NCBI GenBank assembly: GCA_963815885.1
Contig: CAWFIM010000003.1
Span: 196,234 to 260,233, forward strand
Direction of reading: 5' to 3'
DNA: 64,000 bases
Source of the DNA: an uncultured Solirubrobacterales bacterium
GTDB taxonomy: Bacteria; Actinomycetota; Thermoleophilia; Solirubrobacterales; 70-9
In this document: piece by piece, positions 19,596 through 28,363 of the stretch
How the letters are laid out: every line of letters starts with the position of its first letter
Numbering within the stretch: the stretch's first letter is position 1
Program-made: the position numbers and the translations under genes
Notes under the pieces: generated by a model
Told to the model about the DNA's origin: nothing
The model's database searches: none
The model's input: only the letters and a program-made list of their open reading frames with translations

Positions 19596-21446
19596 TCACT
19601 CGACGGTGACGGTCTTGGCCAGGTTGCGGGGCTGGTCGACGTTGAGGCCGCGGGCGCGGGCGATGTCGTAGGCGAGCAGCTGCAGCGGCAGGATCGCGAC
19701 GATCGGCTGCAGGATCCAGTCGGTCGCGGCAACCTCGATCGTCTCGTCGGCGACCTCGGCGACGCGGCTGTTGCCGGCGGTCACGATCCCGATCGTCTGG
19801 GCTCCGCGGGCCCGCACCTCCTCGACGTTGGAGAGCACCTTCTCCAGCACCGGGCTGTCGGTGGCGACGCAGACGACGGGCGTCGACTCGTCGAGCAGGG
19901 CGATCGGCCCGTGCTTCATCTCCCCCGCCGCGTAGGCGTCGGTGGGGATGTAGGAGACCTCCTTCAGCTTCAGCGCCCCCTCAAGGCAGATCGGCAAGCC
20001 GATGTGGCGGCCGAGGTAGAGGAAGAAGTCCTGCTGGCTGTGGGCGGCGGCGACCGCGCGCACCCCCTCCTCGACGCCGGCGAGGGTCTCCTCGATCTTC
20101 GACGGCAGGCTCTTCATCTCGGCGACCAGCTCGGCGATGCGCTCGGGGGGCAGCGACCCGCGCAGCTCCGCCAGCCGCAACCCGAGCAGGTACATGACCG
20201 CCACCTGGGCGAGGAAGGTCTTGGTCGCGGCGACACCGATCTCCAGCCCGGCGCGGGTGTAGAGGGTCGCGTCAGAGTCGCGGGTCGCCTGGCTTCCCAT
20301 GATGTTGGTCACCGCCAGCACCTTCGCCCCGGCGTCGCGGGCCAAGCGCATCGCCGCCAGCGTGTCGGCGGTCTCGCCGGACTGGGTGATGCCAACCACG
20401 AGGTCGCCGGGACCTACCACCGGATTGCGGTAGCGGTACTCGGAGGCGATGTCCATCTCGACCGGGACCCGGGCCCACTCCTCGATCGCGTAGCGACCGA
20501 CCAGGCCGGCGTGGTAGGAGGTGCCGCAGGCGACGATCACGATCCGCCCCAGGCCGCGAAGGAAGTCGTCCTCGAGCTCGACGGCGGAGAGGTCCACCCC
20601 CTCGTCGCGGGGGAGCCGGTCGGCGATCGTCTCGGCGACTGCGTCGGCCTGTTCGTGGATCTCCTTCAGCATGAAGGTCTCATAGCCGCCCTTCTCGGCG
20701 GCATCGGCGTCCCAGGTCACCTCTTCGGAGGCGCGCTCGATCGGGTTGCCGTCGGTGTCGGTGATCCGCACCTCGCCCGCTTCGATTTCCACCACCTCGC
20801 CGTTTTCGATCGGCACCGCGCAACGGGTGTCGGCGAGGAAGGCGGGGATCGCCGAGGCGAGGAAGGTCTCCCCCTCGCCGACCCCGGCGACCAGCGGGCA
20901 CTCCTTGCGGGCGCCGACCAGGCGCTGGGGCTCCTCGGCGTGCATGGCGACGAAGGCGTAGTGACCGCGCAGGTCGGCGTAGGCGGCGCGGACCGCGGCG
21001 GCGAGGTCGCCGTCGTAGTGGTCGGCGATCAGGTGGGCGACGACCTCCGCGTCAGTTTCGGAGCTGAACTCCTCCCCCTCCGCCTGCAGCCGCTTGCGCA
21101 GGCCGGCGTGGTTCTCGACGATCCCGTTGAGGACGATGTGGACCTGGCCGGAACTGTCGTCGTGAGGATGAGCGTTCTCCTCGGTGACCCGGCCGTGGGT
21201 AGCCCAGCGGGTGTGGGCGATGCCGGTGTGGGACGGAGGCAGGGCGCCAGCGCCGTTCTCGGCCCGCTCGTCGACGGCGGCACGGAGGTTGGCGAGGTTG
21301 CCGACCGCGTGCACGCTCTCGACCTCGCCGTCCTCGAGCAGCGAGAGGCCGGCCGAGTCGTAGCCCCGGTATTCGAGCTTTTCCAGCCCCGCGAGCAGAA
21401 GCTCCTCGCAGGGGCGGCCGCCCACGTATCCGACGATCCCACACAT
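19596..21446 (-). CDS. glmS: Glutamine--fructose-6-phosphate aminotransferase
   Basis: MCGIVGYVG N-terminal nucleophile plus two SIS domains. 616 aa. Confidence 0.95.
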   Translation of the reverse strand: MCGIVGYVGGRPCEELLLAGLEKLEYRGYDSAGLSLLEDGEVESVHAVGNLANLRAAVDERAENGAGALPPSHTGIAHTRWATHGRVTEENAHPHDDSSGQVHIVLNGIVENHAGLRKRLQAEGEEFSSETDAEVVAHLIADHYDGDLAAAVRAAYADLRGHYAFVAMHAEEPQRLVGARKECPLVAGVGEGETFLASAIPAFLADTRCAVPIENGEVVEIEAGEVRITDTDGNPIERASEEVTWDADAAEKGGYETFMLKEIHEQADAVAETIADRLPRDEGVDLSAVELEDDFLRGLGRIVIVACGTSYHAGLVGRYAIEEWARVPVEMDIASEYRYRNPVVGPGDLVVGITQSGETADTLAAMRLARDAGAKVLAVTNIMGSQATRDSDATLYTRAGLEIGVAATKTFLAQVAVMYLLGLRLAELRGSLPPERIAELVAEMKSLPSKIEETLAGVEEGVRAVAAAHSQQDFFLYLGRHIGLPICLEGALKLKEVSYIPTDAYAAGEMKHGPIALLDESTPVVCVATDSPVLEKVLSNVEEVRARGAQTIGIVTAGNSRVAEVADETIEVAATDWILQPIVAILPLQLLAYDIARARGLNVDQPRNLAKTVTVE

Positions 21447-21477
21447 GGAGGCGAGTAAGGGTAGAGGTCGGCGAGCG

Positions 21478-22791
21478 TCAGGCCAGCTCGTCGCGCACCG
21501 CGCTGACCAGGCGCTTGCAGACCTCGTCCGCCTCCGCGGCGGTGGGTGCCTCGACCATCACCCGCACCAACGGCTCGGTCCCCGACGGCCGCAGCAGCAC
21601 GCGGCCGCGGCCCTCGAGGGCCTTTTCCTCGCGCTCAGCCGCCTCCCAGACCGCGGCGGCGCCGGCCAGGGCCTCGCGGTCGGCGACCTCGACGTTGACG
21701 AGGACCTGCGGCAGCTTGCGCATCGGTACCGCGTCGACGAGGGCGGCCCCGGCGAGCTCGCGCATCGTCATCAGCGCAGCGGCGATGCCATCGCCGGTGG
21801 CGACGAAGTCGGAGGCGATGATATGGCCGGACTGCTCGCCGCCGAGCTTCCAATCGCGGCGGCGCATCTCGTCGAGCACGTAGCGGTCCCCGACCTGGGT
21901 CACGGCGACCTCAATTCCCGCCTCCTCCATTGCCTGGTGGAAGCCGTAGTTGCTCATCACCGTGACGACGACACCGCCGAGCTCCTCGCCGCGGGCGGCG
22001 ATCCCGCGGGCGGCGAGCGCGATCAGCTCGTCGCCATCGTGGACGCGGCCGTCGCCGTCGACGGCCAGCATCCGATCGCCGTCGCCGTCGAAAGCGAACC
22101 CAATCTCGGCCTCCGAGCCGGCGACCCGCCGCGCGAGCGGCTCCAGGTTGGTGGAGCCGCAGCCCGCGTTGATGTTGCGCCCGTCGGGCTCGGCGCCGAT
22201 CGTCTCGACGCTGGCGCCGAGCCGCTCGAAGATCGCCGGAGCGGCGCGGTGGGTGGCACCGTTGGCGCAGTCGAGCAGGACGCGGCGGCCGGAAAGGTCG
22301 AGCGGGAAGGCCGCCTCGAGCTCGCGCAGGTAGTCCTCGAGGCCGCCGTTCAGCTCGCGCACGCGGCCGGGCTCGGCGGCCGCGTGGTCGCCGTTGAGCA
22401 GCGACTCGATCCGCGCCTCCAGCTCGTCGTCGAGCTTGGTCCCCCGACCGGAGAAGAACTTGATCCCGTTGTCCCGGTAGGGGTTGTGGGAGGCGGAGAC
22501 GACCGCGGCGAGGTCGAGCCCCAGGCGCTTGACGAGAATTGCGGCGGCGGGCGTCGGCAGCACCCCGCCGAGCAGCGCGTCGCCACCGGCCGCGGCCACC
22601 CCGGCCGCCAGCGCCGACTCCAGCATCGGCCCCGACTCGCGGGTGTCGCGGACGATCAGGACCTGCGGTCGCGCCGCCTCCAGCGAGGCGGTGGCAGCAC
22701 GGCCCAACGCCGTCGCCAGCTCGGCGGTGAGGAACGTCCCAGCCTCTCCCCGGACCCCGTCGGTTCCGAAGAGCTTGCGCCCGGCGCTCAC
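21478..22791 (-). CDS. glmM: Phosphoglucosamine mutase
   Basis: Contains the SASHNPYRDNGIKFF phosphoserine loop. 437 aa. Confidence 0.95.
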   Translation of the reverse strand: MSAGRKLFGTDGVRGEAGTFLTAELATALGRAATASLEAARPQVLIVRDTRESGPMLESALAAGVAAAGGDALLGGVLPTPAAAILVKRLGLDLAAVVSASHNPYRDNGIKFFSGRGTKLDDELEARIESLLNGDHAAAEPGRVRELNGGLEDYLRELEAAFPLDLSGRRVLLDCANGATHRAAPAIFERLGASVETIGAEPDGRNINAGCGSTNLEPLARRVAGSEAEIGFAFDGDGDRMLAVDGDGRVHDGDELIALAARGIAARGEELGGVVVTVMSNYGFHQAMEEAGIEVAVTQVGDRYVLDEMRRRDWKLGGEQSGHIIASDFVATGDGIAAALMTMRELAGAALVDAVPMRKLPQVLVNVEVADREALAGAAAVWEAAEREEKALEGRGRVLLRPSGTEPLVRVMVEAPTAAEADEVCKRLVSAVRDELA

Positions 22792-22801
22792 CGAGGCCCC
22801 G

Positions 22802-23758
22802 TCAGCGCTTGCTGAACTGAGGCCGCTTGCGGGCCTTCTTCAGCCCGGCCTTACGCCGCTCCTTGACCCGCGCGTCGCGGGTGAGGAAGCCGCGCCGCTT
22901 GAGGTCGCCGCGGAGCTCCGGGTCGATCTCAGTCAGCGCCCGGGCGATGCCGTGGCGGACCGCGCCGGCCTGGCCGCCGATGCCGCCACCGTGGACGCGG
23001 ATGCGGACGTCGACGTTGCCCTCGTAGCCGGAGACGACAAGCGGCTGGCGCGCCATCGTCTGGTGCAGGGGGCGCGGGAAGAACTCCTCGAGGCTGCGCT
23101 TGTTGACTTCGATCTTGCCCTTGCCGGGCAGCAGGGTGACGCGGGCGATCGAGCGCTTGCGTTTGCCGGTAGCGAGGTAGCGGGCGCCGCTCTCCATCTT
23201 CGCCGGAGCGCGGCCCGCCGTTCCGGCGGCCGGCTCGTGAGCCTCGGCCAGGGCGGCTTCGCGCCGCGCTTTCTCCTCTTCCTCGGCTTCCAGCCGGGCA
23301 CGCTCTTCCGCGCTCAGTGCCGGCGCCGCCGGCTCCACCGCGATCGGCTCCAGATCGGCGCCGGGGATGACGTCTTTCTTCTTCTCCGCCGCCTTCGGCT
23401 CCTCCGCGGCCGGCTCGGGAGCCTCCTCAACCTCGGCCTCCTCGGAAAGGGCGTCGGACTCCTCCACCGGAGCCTCCTCAACGGACTCGGACTCCGCGGC
23501 CGCCTCCTCTGCCACAGGCTCCTCGACGGCCTCGGACTCCGCCAGCTCAGATGCCTGCTCCTCGGCAGGCGACTCGGCCTCAGCCTCCGACGCCTCGACC
23601 GCCGGCTCCTCAGGCGCATCTGCCGCGGGTGGCGCGGCGGAGGGCTCCTCGCCCGCAGCTTGCGAGGACGAGGAGTCCTCTGCCGCGACAGGACCCGTGG
23701 GCTGATCCTCTGAGCCCTCGGCCGTCTCGTCGTCGCGTTTCGTCTCGTCGTCTGCCAT
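22802..23758 (-). CDS. rpsI: 30S ribosomal protein S9 with long acidic N-terminal extension (start uncertain; canonical-length alternative at 23197)
   Basis: The C-terminal 131 aa ([20 protein letters not shown]...[11 protein letters not shown]) form a complete S9. The in-frame upstream ATG at 23758 overlaps the rplM stop as ATGA and has GGAGA 7 nt upstream. Confidence 0.8.
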   Translation of the reverse strand: MADDETKRDDETAEGSEDQPTGPVAAEDSSSSQAAGEEPSAAPPAADAPEEPAVEASEAEAESPAEEQASELAESEAVEEPVAEEAAAESESVEEAPVEESDALSEEAEVEEAPEPAAEEPKAAEKKKDVIPGADLEPIAVEPAAPALSAEERARLEAEEEEKARREAALAEAHEPAAGTAGRAPAKMESGARYLATGKRKRSIARVTLLPGKGKIEVNKRSLEEFFPRPLHQTMARQPLVVSGYEGNVDVRIRVHGGGIGGQAGAVRHGIARALTEIDPELRGDLKRRGFLTRDARVKERRKAGLKKARKRPQFSKR

Positions 23759-24189
23759 CAGTTCGTCTCCATCGGTTTCGGCTGCTGCGCCGCGTGCGGG
23801 TGATCGGGGCCAGCGTAGACCTTCAGCTTGGTCAGCTGCTGGCGGGCAAGGCGGTTGCGAGGCAGCATCCCCTTGACTGCCTTGCGGATCACTTCCTCGG
23901 GCCGGCGGTCGAGCATCTCCCCCAGCGTCCGTGACTTGATCCCACCGGGGTAGCCGCTGTGGCGCCAGTAGGTCTTCTGCGCCAGCTTGTCGCCGGTGAC
24001 GCGGATCTTCTCGGCGTTGACGACGACGACGAAGTCGCCGGTGTCGACGTGCGGCGTGTACTCGGGCTTGCGCTTGCCCCGCAGGACGTCGGCGATCTGG
24101 GTCGCCAGGCGGCCCAACGTCTTGCCCTCGGCATCGACGACATACCAGTCTCGCTGGCGGTTGGCTGGCGTGGCGACAAAGGTCTTCAT
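23758..24189 (-). CDS. rplM: 50S ribosomal protein L13
   Basis: [39 protein letters not shown]... is canonical L13. I chose the internal ATG at 24189. Confidence 0.95.
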   Translation of the reverse strand: MKTFVATPANRQRDWYVVDAEGKTLGRLATQIADVLRGKRKPEYTPHVDTGDFVVVVNAEKIRVTGDKLAQKTYWRHSGYPGGIKSRTLGEMLDRRPEEVIRKAVKGMLPRNRLARQQLTKLKVYAGPDHPHAAQQPKPMETN

Positions 24190-24420
24190 CGTGCAAAAAC
24201 CGCGCGGGTCCTCCCACGCGGCCGGGAGGATCATAGCCATCCCGGCATCTATACTGCCGCGCCAGCAATGCCGAATCCCGTCCGGGCAACCGAGCGGGAG
24301 CGGAGGAACCGCAGGGACCAGGCAGGTCCCAGGGGCGAATCGAACGAAAACGTTCGTAGCGCATCTCTTTCAGCGCGAGCCCGACAGCTAACTCCGTAGG
24401 CGATCGAAAGAGAGGGCTGG

Positions 24421-25374
24421 TTGACGCGGAACAAGCTGAGCGCCCGGCGCGGTCTGGCTGGTTGGAAGGTCGTTCTGGCGGCGATCCTCGCGCTGCTCGC
24501 CGTCTTCCCCGGAGCCGCCGCCGCCGCGATCGCGACCGGCGGGGCCGGCACCCCCGGCGCCGCGCCGACGCCGAAGGGCAGCCCCACCGGTGCTGCTGAC
24601 CCGGCGCCGAGCGCCGGCGCGCTCACCCTGCTCTCGGCCGAGGCCAGCCCGCGCAAGAACTTCTTCTTCGGCTACCGCTATCCCCGCTTCGCCTTCGCGA
24701 TCGCCAGCACCCAGCCGCAGAACGACCTTCAGGTCAACGTCGTCAACTCGGCCGGCGAAGTCGTCCGCAGCTTCTTCCGCAACGACGTCGCGCCCGAAGC
24801 GCCGGTCTCGGTGCGCTGGGACGGCACCACCGCCGAAGGCCGCCCCGCCCGCAACGGCCGCTACACCTTCCAGGTGCTCGCCCAGGGCAACACCGCCGCC
24901 GCCCGGCGCGCCACCGCCTCGGTGACGGTGACCGCCGGCTTCGCCCTCTACGGCTACGCCTTTCCGATCCTCGGCGCTCACGAATTCGGCCTCGGCGCCG
25001 GTCGCTTCGGAGCCCCTCGCTCCGGTCACACCCATCAGGGCCAGGACGTGATGGCGGCCTGCGGCACCCCCCTCCTCGCCGCCCGCGGCGGCGTCGTCCA
25101 GTACGCGGGTTACGAGGGCAACGCCGGCAACTACATTGTCATCGACGGCAAGGGCACGCCGAACGACTTCATGTACGCGCATCTGGCCGAACCCTCGCCG
25201 CTGCAAGCGGGCGAAACCGTCCGCACCGGCCAGCCAATCGGCATCGTCGGCGACACCGGCGACGCCACCGCCTGCCACCTGCACTTCGAGATCTGGGGAC
25301 CGCCCGGCTGGTACGAGGGGGGCTCGCCCTTCGATCCGCTGCCGGAACTCGAAAAGTGGGACCGGTACAGCTGA
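24421..25374 (+). CDS. Secreted M23-family metallopeptidase with FlgD-Ig-like middle domain
   Basis: Signal/TM segment, then HTHQGQD (HxxxD) and CHLHFE (HxH). TTG start. Confidence 0.85.
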   Translation: MTRNKLSARRGLAGWKVVLAAILALLAVFPGAAAAAIATGGAGTPGAAPTPKGSPTGAADPAPSAGALTLLSAEASPRKNFFFGYRYPRFAFAIASTQPQNDLQVNVVNSAGEVVRSFFRNDVAPEAPVSVRWDGTTAEGRPARNGRYTFQVLAQGNTAAARRATASVTVTAGFALYGYAFPILGAHEFGLGAGRFGAPRSGHTHQGQDVMAACGTPLLAARGGVVQYAGYEGNAGNYIVIDGKGTPNDFMYAHLAEPSPLQAGETVRTGQPIGIVGDTGDATACHLHFEIWGPPGWYEGGSPFDPLPELEKWDRYS

Positions 25375-25401
25375 GGGTTTGGGCCATCCCCGTCCTCGTG
25401 C

Positions 25402-25809
25402 CTACACGAGACTGATGCGCAGCTGCGCGTGTGCCCGAGAGATCTGCTCGAAGTCGCTGTCCTGAGCGACGACCGGGAGCCCGTGCTCGACCGCGGTGGC
25501 TGCGATCAGGGCGTCGGTGAGCTTCACGGCGCGCTGGATGCCGGCAGCGCGACAATCGGCGACGAGTCGCGCCCAACTGACCATCACCGCTTCTGAGATC
25601 GGGATTGGGTCGGCGGTCCTGGCAAGGGCCAGGGTGTCGGCACGACGGGCCCGCGTGGTGTCATCGGCGGCACTCAGCACACCGAGCTGCAGCTCGCCGA
25701 TCGTCACCACCGAGACGGCGACACGATCGGGCAGCTCGCCCAGCGGTCGGCCGCTCTCGCGGGCGATGAAGACCGAGGTGTCGAGCAGCCCGGCGCTTGC
25801 CTCGCTCAA
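25402..25809 (-). CDS. vapC: PIN-domain toxin VapC
   Basis: LLDTSVFIA N-terminal acidic motif and ...VVAQDSDF. It overlaps the antitoxin gene by 4 nt. Confidence 0.85.
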   Translation of the reverse strand: MSEASAGLLDTSVFIARESGRPLGELPDRVAVSVVTIGELQLGVLSAADDTTRARRADTLALARTADPIPISEAVMVSWARLVADCRAAGIQRAVKLTDALIAATAVEHGLPVVAQDSDFEQISRAHAQLRISLV

Positions 25810-26057
25810 AGGTCTGCGAGGGTCTGGCCAGCGAGCTCGTCGAGCTCGGTCTGCAGGGCAGGGTCGGCGGCGCGCTCGCGCAATTGCTCGCGAAGCTGCT
25901 CGCCGGCAAGCCAGCGGGCGCGCTGGCCATGGGGCACGATGTCGGCGGCCGGCTCGCCGTTGACGGTGAGGACAACCCGTTCGCCGGCACGGACGGCGTC
26001 GATCACGCGAGCGGTTCGGTTGCGCAGATCACGGACTCCGATCTCCATGTGCGACAC
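25806..26057 (-). CDS. Phd/YefM-type antitoxin partner of VapC
   Basis: IGVRDLRNRTARVIDAVRAGERVVLTVNGEPAADIVP is a typical Phd/YefM N-terminus. Confidence 0.75.
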   Translation of the reverse strand: MSHMEIGVRDLRNRTARVIDAVRAGERVVLTVNGEPAADIVPHGQRARWLAGEQLREQLRERAADPALQTELDELAGQTLADL

Positions 26058-26095
26058 AGTAGCACCATTTGCCGCTAGGCTCCGGCGACGCCGCA

Positions 26096-26214
26096 GAGGG
26101 TAGGCCGGGCATCCTCCTCACTCGGTACCTCGTCGCTGAGAAGTGTGGCTGCTGACGCCTCTTCGAGCTCCTCCTCCTCCGCAAAACGTTCGCAGGAATG
26201 CCCGGCCTACCCTC
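26096..26214. repeat. Structured element copy 1 (119 nt, 17-bp perfect terminal stem)
   Basis: 26096-26112 gagggtaggccgggcat pairs perfectly with 26198-26214 atgcccggcctaccctc. The interior carries ctcggtacctcgtcg and ctcctcctccgcaaaacgttcgcagg. Confidence 0.8.
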
Positions 26215-26271
26215 GACAGTGATCAGGGACCGCAGGGGCCTCGCGCTTTGTCCATTAGCTGGCCCGGACTC

Positions 26272-26395
26272 GGGGAGGGGGCCGGTGGTGCCTGCGAGCG
26301 TTTTGCGGAGGAGGAGAACAGCGGCCCGAGGCGCCAGCTCTACCCGGCTTCATCGACGAGGTACCGAGCGAGCAGGCACCACCGGCCCCCTCCCC
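26272..26395. repeat. Structured element copy 2 (124 nt, 24-bp perfect terminal stem), inverted relative to copy 1
   Basis: 26272-26295 ggggagggggccggtggtgcctgc pairs perfectly with 26372-26395. The interior carries cgacgaggtaccgag (26354-26368) and cctgcgagcgttttgcggaggaggag (26291-26316), which are reverse complements of the copy-1 motifs. Confidence 0.8.
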
Positions 26396-26405
26396 CCGCC
26401 CATGC

Positions 26406-26849
26406 TCAGCCCGCGCACCCCTCGCAGCGTCCCCGCAGCACCACGTCGTGCTCGGCAACCTCGAAATCGATGCTCTCCGAGAGCCGGCCGATCGCCTGCT
26501 CGAGGCGCGGGTCCTCGAACAGGACCATACGGCCGCAATCGCGGCAGATCGCGTGGTGGTGATGGTGGCCGTCGGGCTCGACCCGCTCGTAGCCGGCAGT
26601 GCCGCGGCTGACTTCGATCCGCTGCACCAGGCCCAGCTCCTCGAGCTGCTCGAGCGCCCGGTAGACGCTGGCCCGGCCGACCGGCGGCCGGCGGCGGCGC
26701 AGCTCGTCGTCGAGGTCGAGGGCGGTGACCGCGCAGTCATGGCGCGCCAGCGCCTCGATCACCGCCACCCGGGCGCCACCGCGGCGCAGCCCGGCGCTCC
26801 CGAGCGCATCCAGCGCGTGGTCCCGCCAGCCGGCGTCGATCGTGCTCAT
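26406..26849 (-). CDS. zur: Fur-family metalloregulator, probably Zur
   Basis: Winged-helix N-terminus, a His run (GHHHHHAICRDCG) and a C-terminal CEGC. It is divergent from a ZIP transporter gene. Confidence 0.75.
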   Translation of the reverse strand: MSTIDAGWRDHALDALGSAGLRRGGARVAVIEALARHDCAVTALDLDDELRRRRPPVGRASVYRALEQLEELGLVQRIEVSRGTAGYERVEPDGHHHHHAICRDCGRMVLFEDPRLEQAIGRLSESIDFEVAEHDVVLRGRCEGCAG

Positions 26850-26873
26850 GCCGAAATCGTACCGGGTTTAAAC

Positions 26874-26886
26874 GAGATTGAATCTC
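26874..26886. promoter_or_regulatory. Candidate Zur/Fur operator
   Basis: AT-rich palindrome GAGATT-G-AATCTC in the 59-bp divergent zur/ZIP intergenic region. Confidence 0.35.
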
Positions 26887-26908
26887 ATTCAGTGATAGCC
26901 TCCGCGCC

Positions 26909-27628
26909 GTGTCGTTGATCGCGATCCCGCTCTCCGCCCTCGCCGCCCTGGCGACGATGCTGGGTGGGAAGGTCGCGCTGCGCCTCTCCCACACGCTGCC
27001 GACCGTGATCGCCTTCACCGGCGGCGTCGTCGTTGCGGTGGCGCTGTTCGACGTGCTGCCGGAGGGGATCACGAACGTCGGCGACCCGGCGAAGGCAACG
27101 ACGCTGGTCGCGATCGGCTTTCTCGTCTTCTTCTTCGCCGAGCGCGTCCTCGTCCTCCACCACCGCGACCAGCCCGACGAGGCACGCGCACACCACCGGG
27201 TCGGCATTCTCGGCGCGCTCGGGCTCTCGATCCATAGCTTCATCGACGGGCTCGGGATCGGCCTCGCCTTCGGCCTCGACAGCGCCACCGGCCTGCTCGT
27301 CTTCGTCGCCGTGATCAGCCACGACTTCGCCGACGGCCTCAACACCGTCAGCTTCGTCCTCAACCAATCCGGGGATCGTGAGCAGGCGGGTAGATGGCTG
27401 CGGATCGACGCCCTGGCGCCGATATTGGGGGCGGTGGTCGGCTCGCTGCTGACCGTCTCCGACCACACCCTTGGCTACATCCTCTGCCTCTACAGCGGCT
27501 TCTTCATCTACATGGGTGCAACCGACCTGCTGCCCGAGGCCCACGCCGACGCTTCTTGGGCCCGAGTCGCCCTGACCGCCTCCGGTTTCGCACTGATCTT
27601 CGTGATCACCCGCGTCGCCGGCGTCTGA
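26909..27628 (+). CDS. ZIP-family divalent metal transporter
   Basis: 239-aa polytopic protein with HSFIDGLGIG and SHDFADGLN motifs. GTG start. Confidence 0.8.
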   Translation: MSLIAIPLSALAALATMLGGKVALRLSHTLPTVIAFTGGVVVAVALFDVLPEGITNVGDPAKATTLVAIGFLVFFFAERVLVLHHRDQPDEARAHHRVGILGALGLSIHSFIDGLGIGLAFGLDSATGLLVFVAVISHDFADGLNTVSFVLNQSGDREQAGRWLRIDALAPILGAVVGSLLTVSDHTLGYILCLYSGFFIYMGATDLLPEAHADASWARVALTASGFALIFVITRVAGV

Positions 27629-27761
27629 GCGTTTCAACCAGTAGCGGGCATTTGTTTAAAAAATGAGGTTGGCTATCAAGCCAGTGATCCGGACAATTAC
27701 TCAGCACGTATCGAGTAAGCAGTGCTGTTCGAGGTAGCCACCCACCCTTTAAGGAGCCCCC

Positions 27762-28356
27762 GTGAGAAGAACCCGTCCCGAACTGATCGACCAGCGCATG
27801 GTCAGGGCACTCGCCCACCCGTTGCGGATCAAGATCCTCGAGATCCTGACCGAACGGACCGCCAGCCCGAACCGGCTCTCTGACGACCTCGACGCCGGCC
27901 TCAGCCACGTCGCCTACCACACCCGGGCGCTCGACAAGTGCGGTTGCCTCGAGCTGGTCGACACGGCGCAGCGGCGCGGGGCGACCGAGCACTTCTACAA
28001 GGCCTCGCCGCACTCGTTTATCGGCGACCGGATCTGGCGCCGGGTACCCCGGGCGCTGCTCGGCGGCGTCTCCGGCGCGACCCTGCAGAGCTTCATGGAC
28101 CGCGCCGTGGCGGCCCTCGAAGCCGGCACGATCGACGGCCGCGAGGACACGGTCCTCTACTGGATGCCGGTCCGCCTCGACGAGAAGGGCTGGAAGCAAG
28201 CCACCCAGACGATGGAAGAGGCAGTCGACAAGGTGCTGGTGATCCAGGAGGAAAGCCGGGGGCGCCTCAGCCGGCGCCGGGGCTTGGGTGCGATTCTCGG
28301 CGATTATCGGCGTCGCCGGCTTCGAGACCCCCGGCTCGCGCGAGGCAATGATCTAG
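27762..28356 (+). pseudogene. ArsR-like winged-helix regulator, probable +1 frameshift at a G5 run
   Basis: LAHPLRIKILEILTERTASPNRLSDDL is an HTH. As called, the ORF runs 178 nt antisense into guaA. Shifting at GGGGG 28258-28262 gives ...GASAGAGAWVRFSAIIGVAGFETPGSREAMI*, ending at 28356, 8 nt before the guaA stop. Confidence 0.55.
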
Positions 28357-28363
28357 GCCGGCG

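Noticed and set aside
19571-19732. N-terminal extension of the lipoprotein ORF
   Set aside because: It would overlap the 3' end of glmS. The lipobox signal peptide starts at the ATG at 19570.
21447-21477. Possible glmS ribozyme upstream of glmS
   Set aside because: Only 31 nt separate glmM and glmS, far too short for the ribozyme. The genes appear simply co-transcribed.
19530-22815. 642-aa and 456-aa plus-strand ORFs (19530..21458 and 21445..22815)
   Set aside because: They are antisense to glmS and glmM. Their Gly/Arg/Asp/Val-rich translations have no motifs. These are shadow ORFs.
23759-24364. N-terminal 200 codons of the 520-aa ORF 22802..24364
   Set aside because: This part overlaps rplM in another frame and is Arg/Pro-rich. 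The real rpsI start can be no further upstream than the ATG at 23758.
26143-26740. ORFs of 137-161 aa across the zur-vapB spacer
   Set aside because: They run through the two hairpin elements and antisense into zur. Their Arg/Pro-rich translations suggest that the repeats, not proteins, explain this region.
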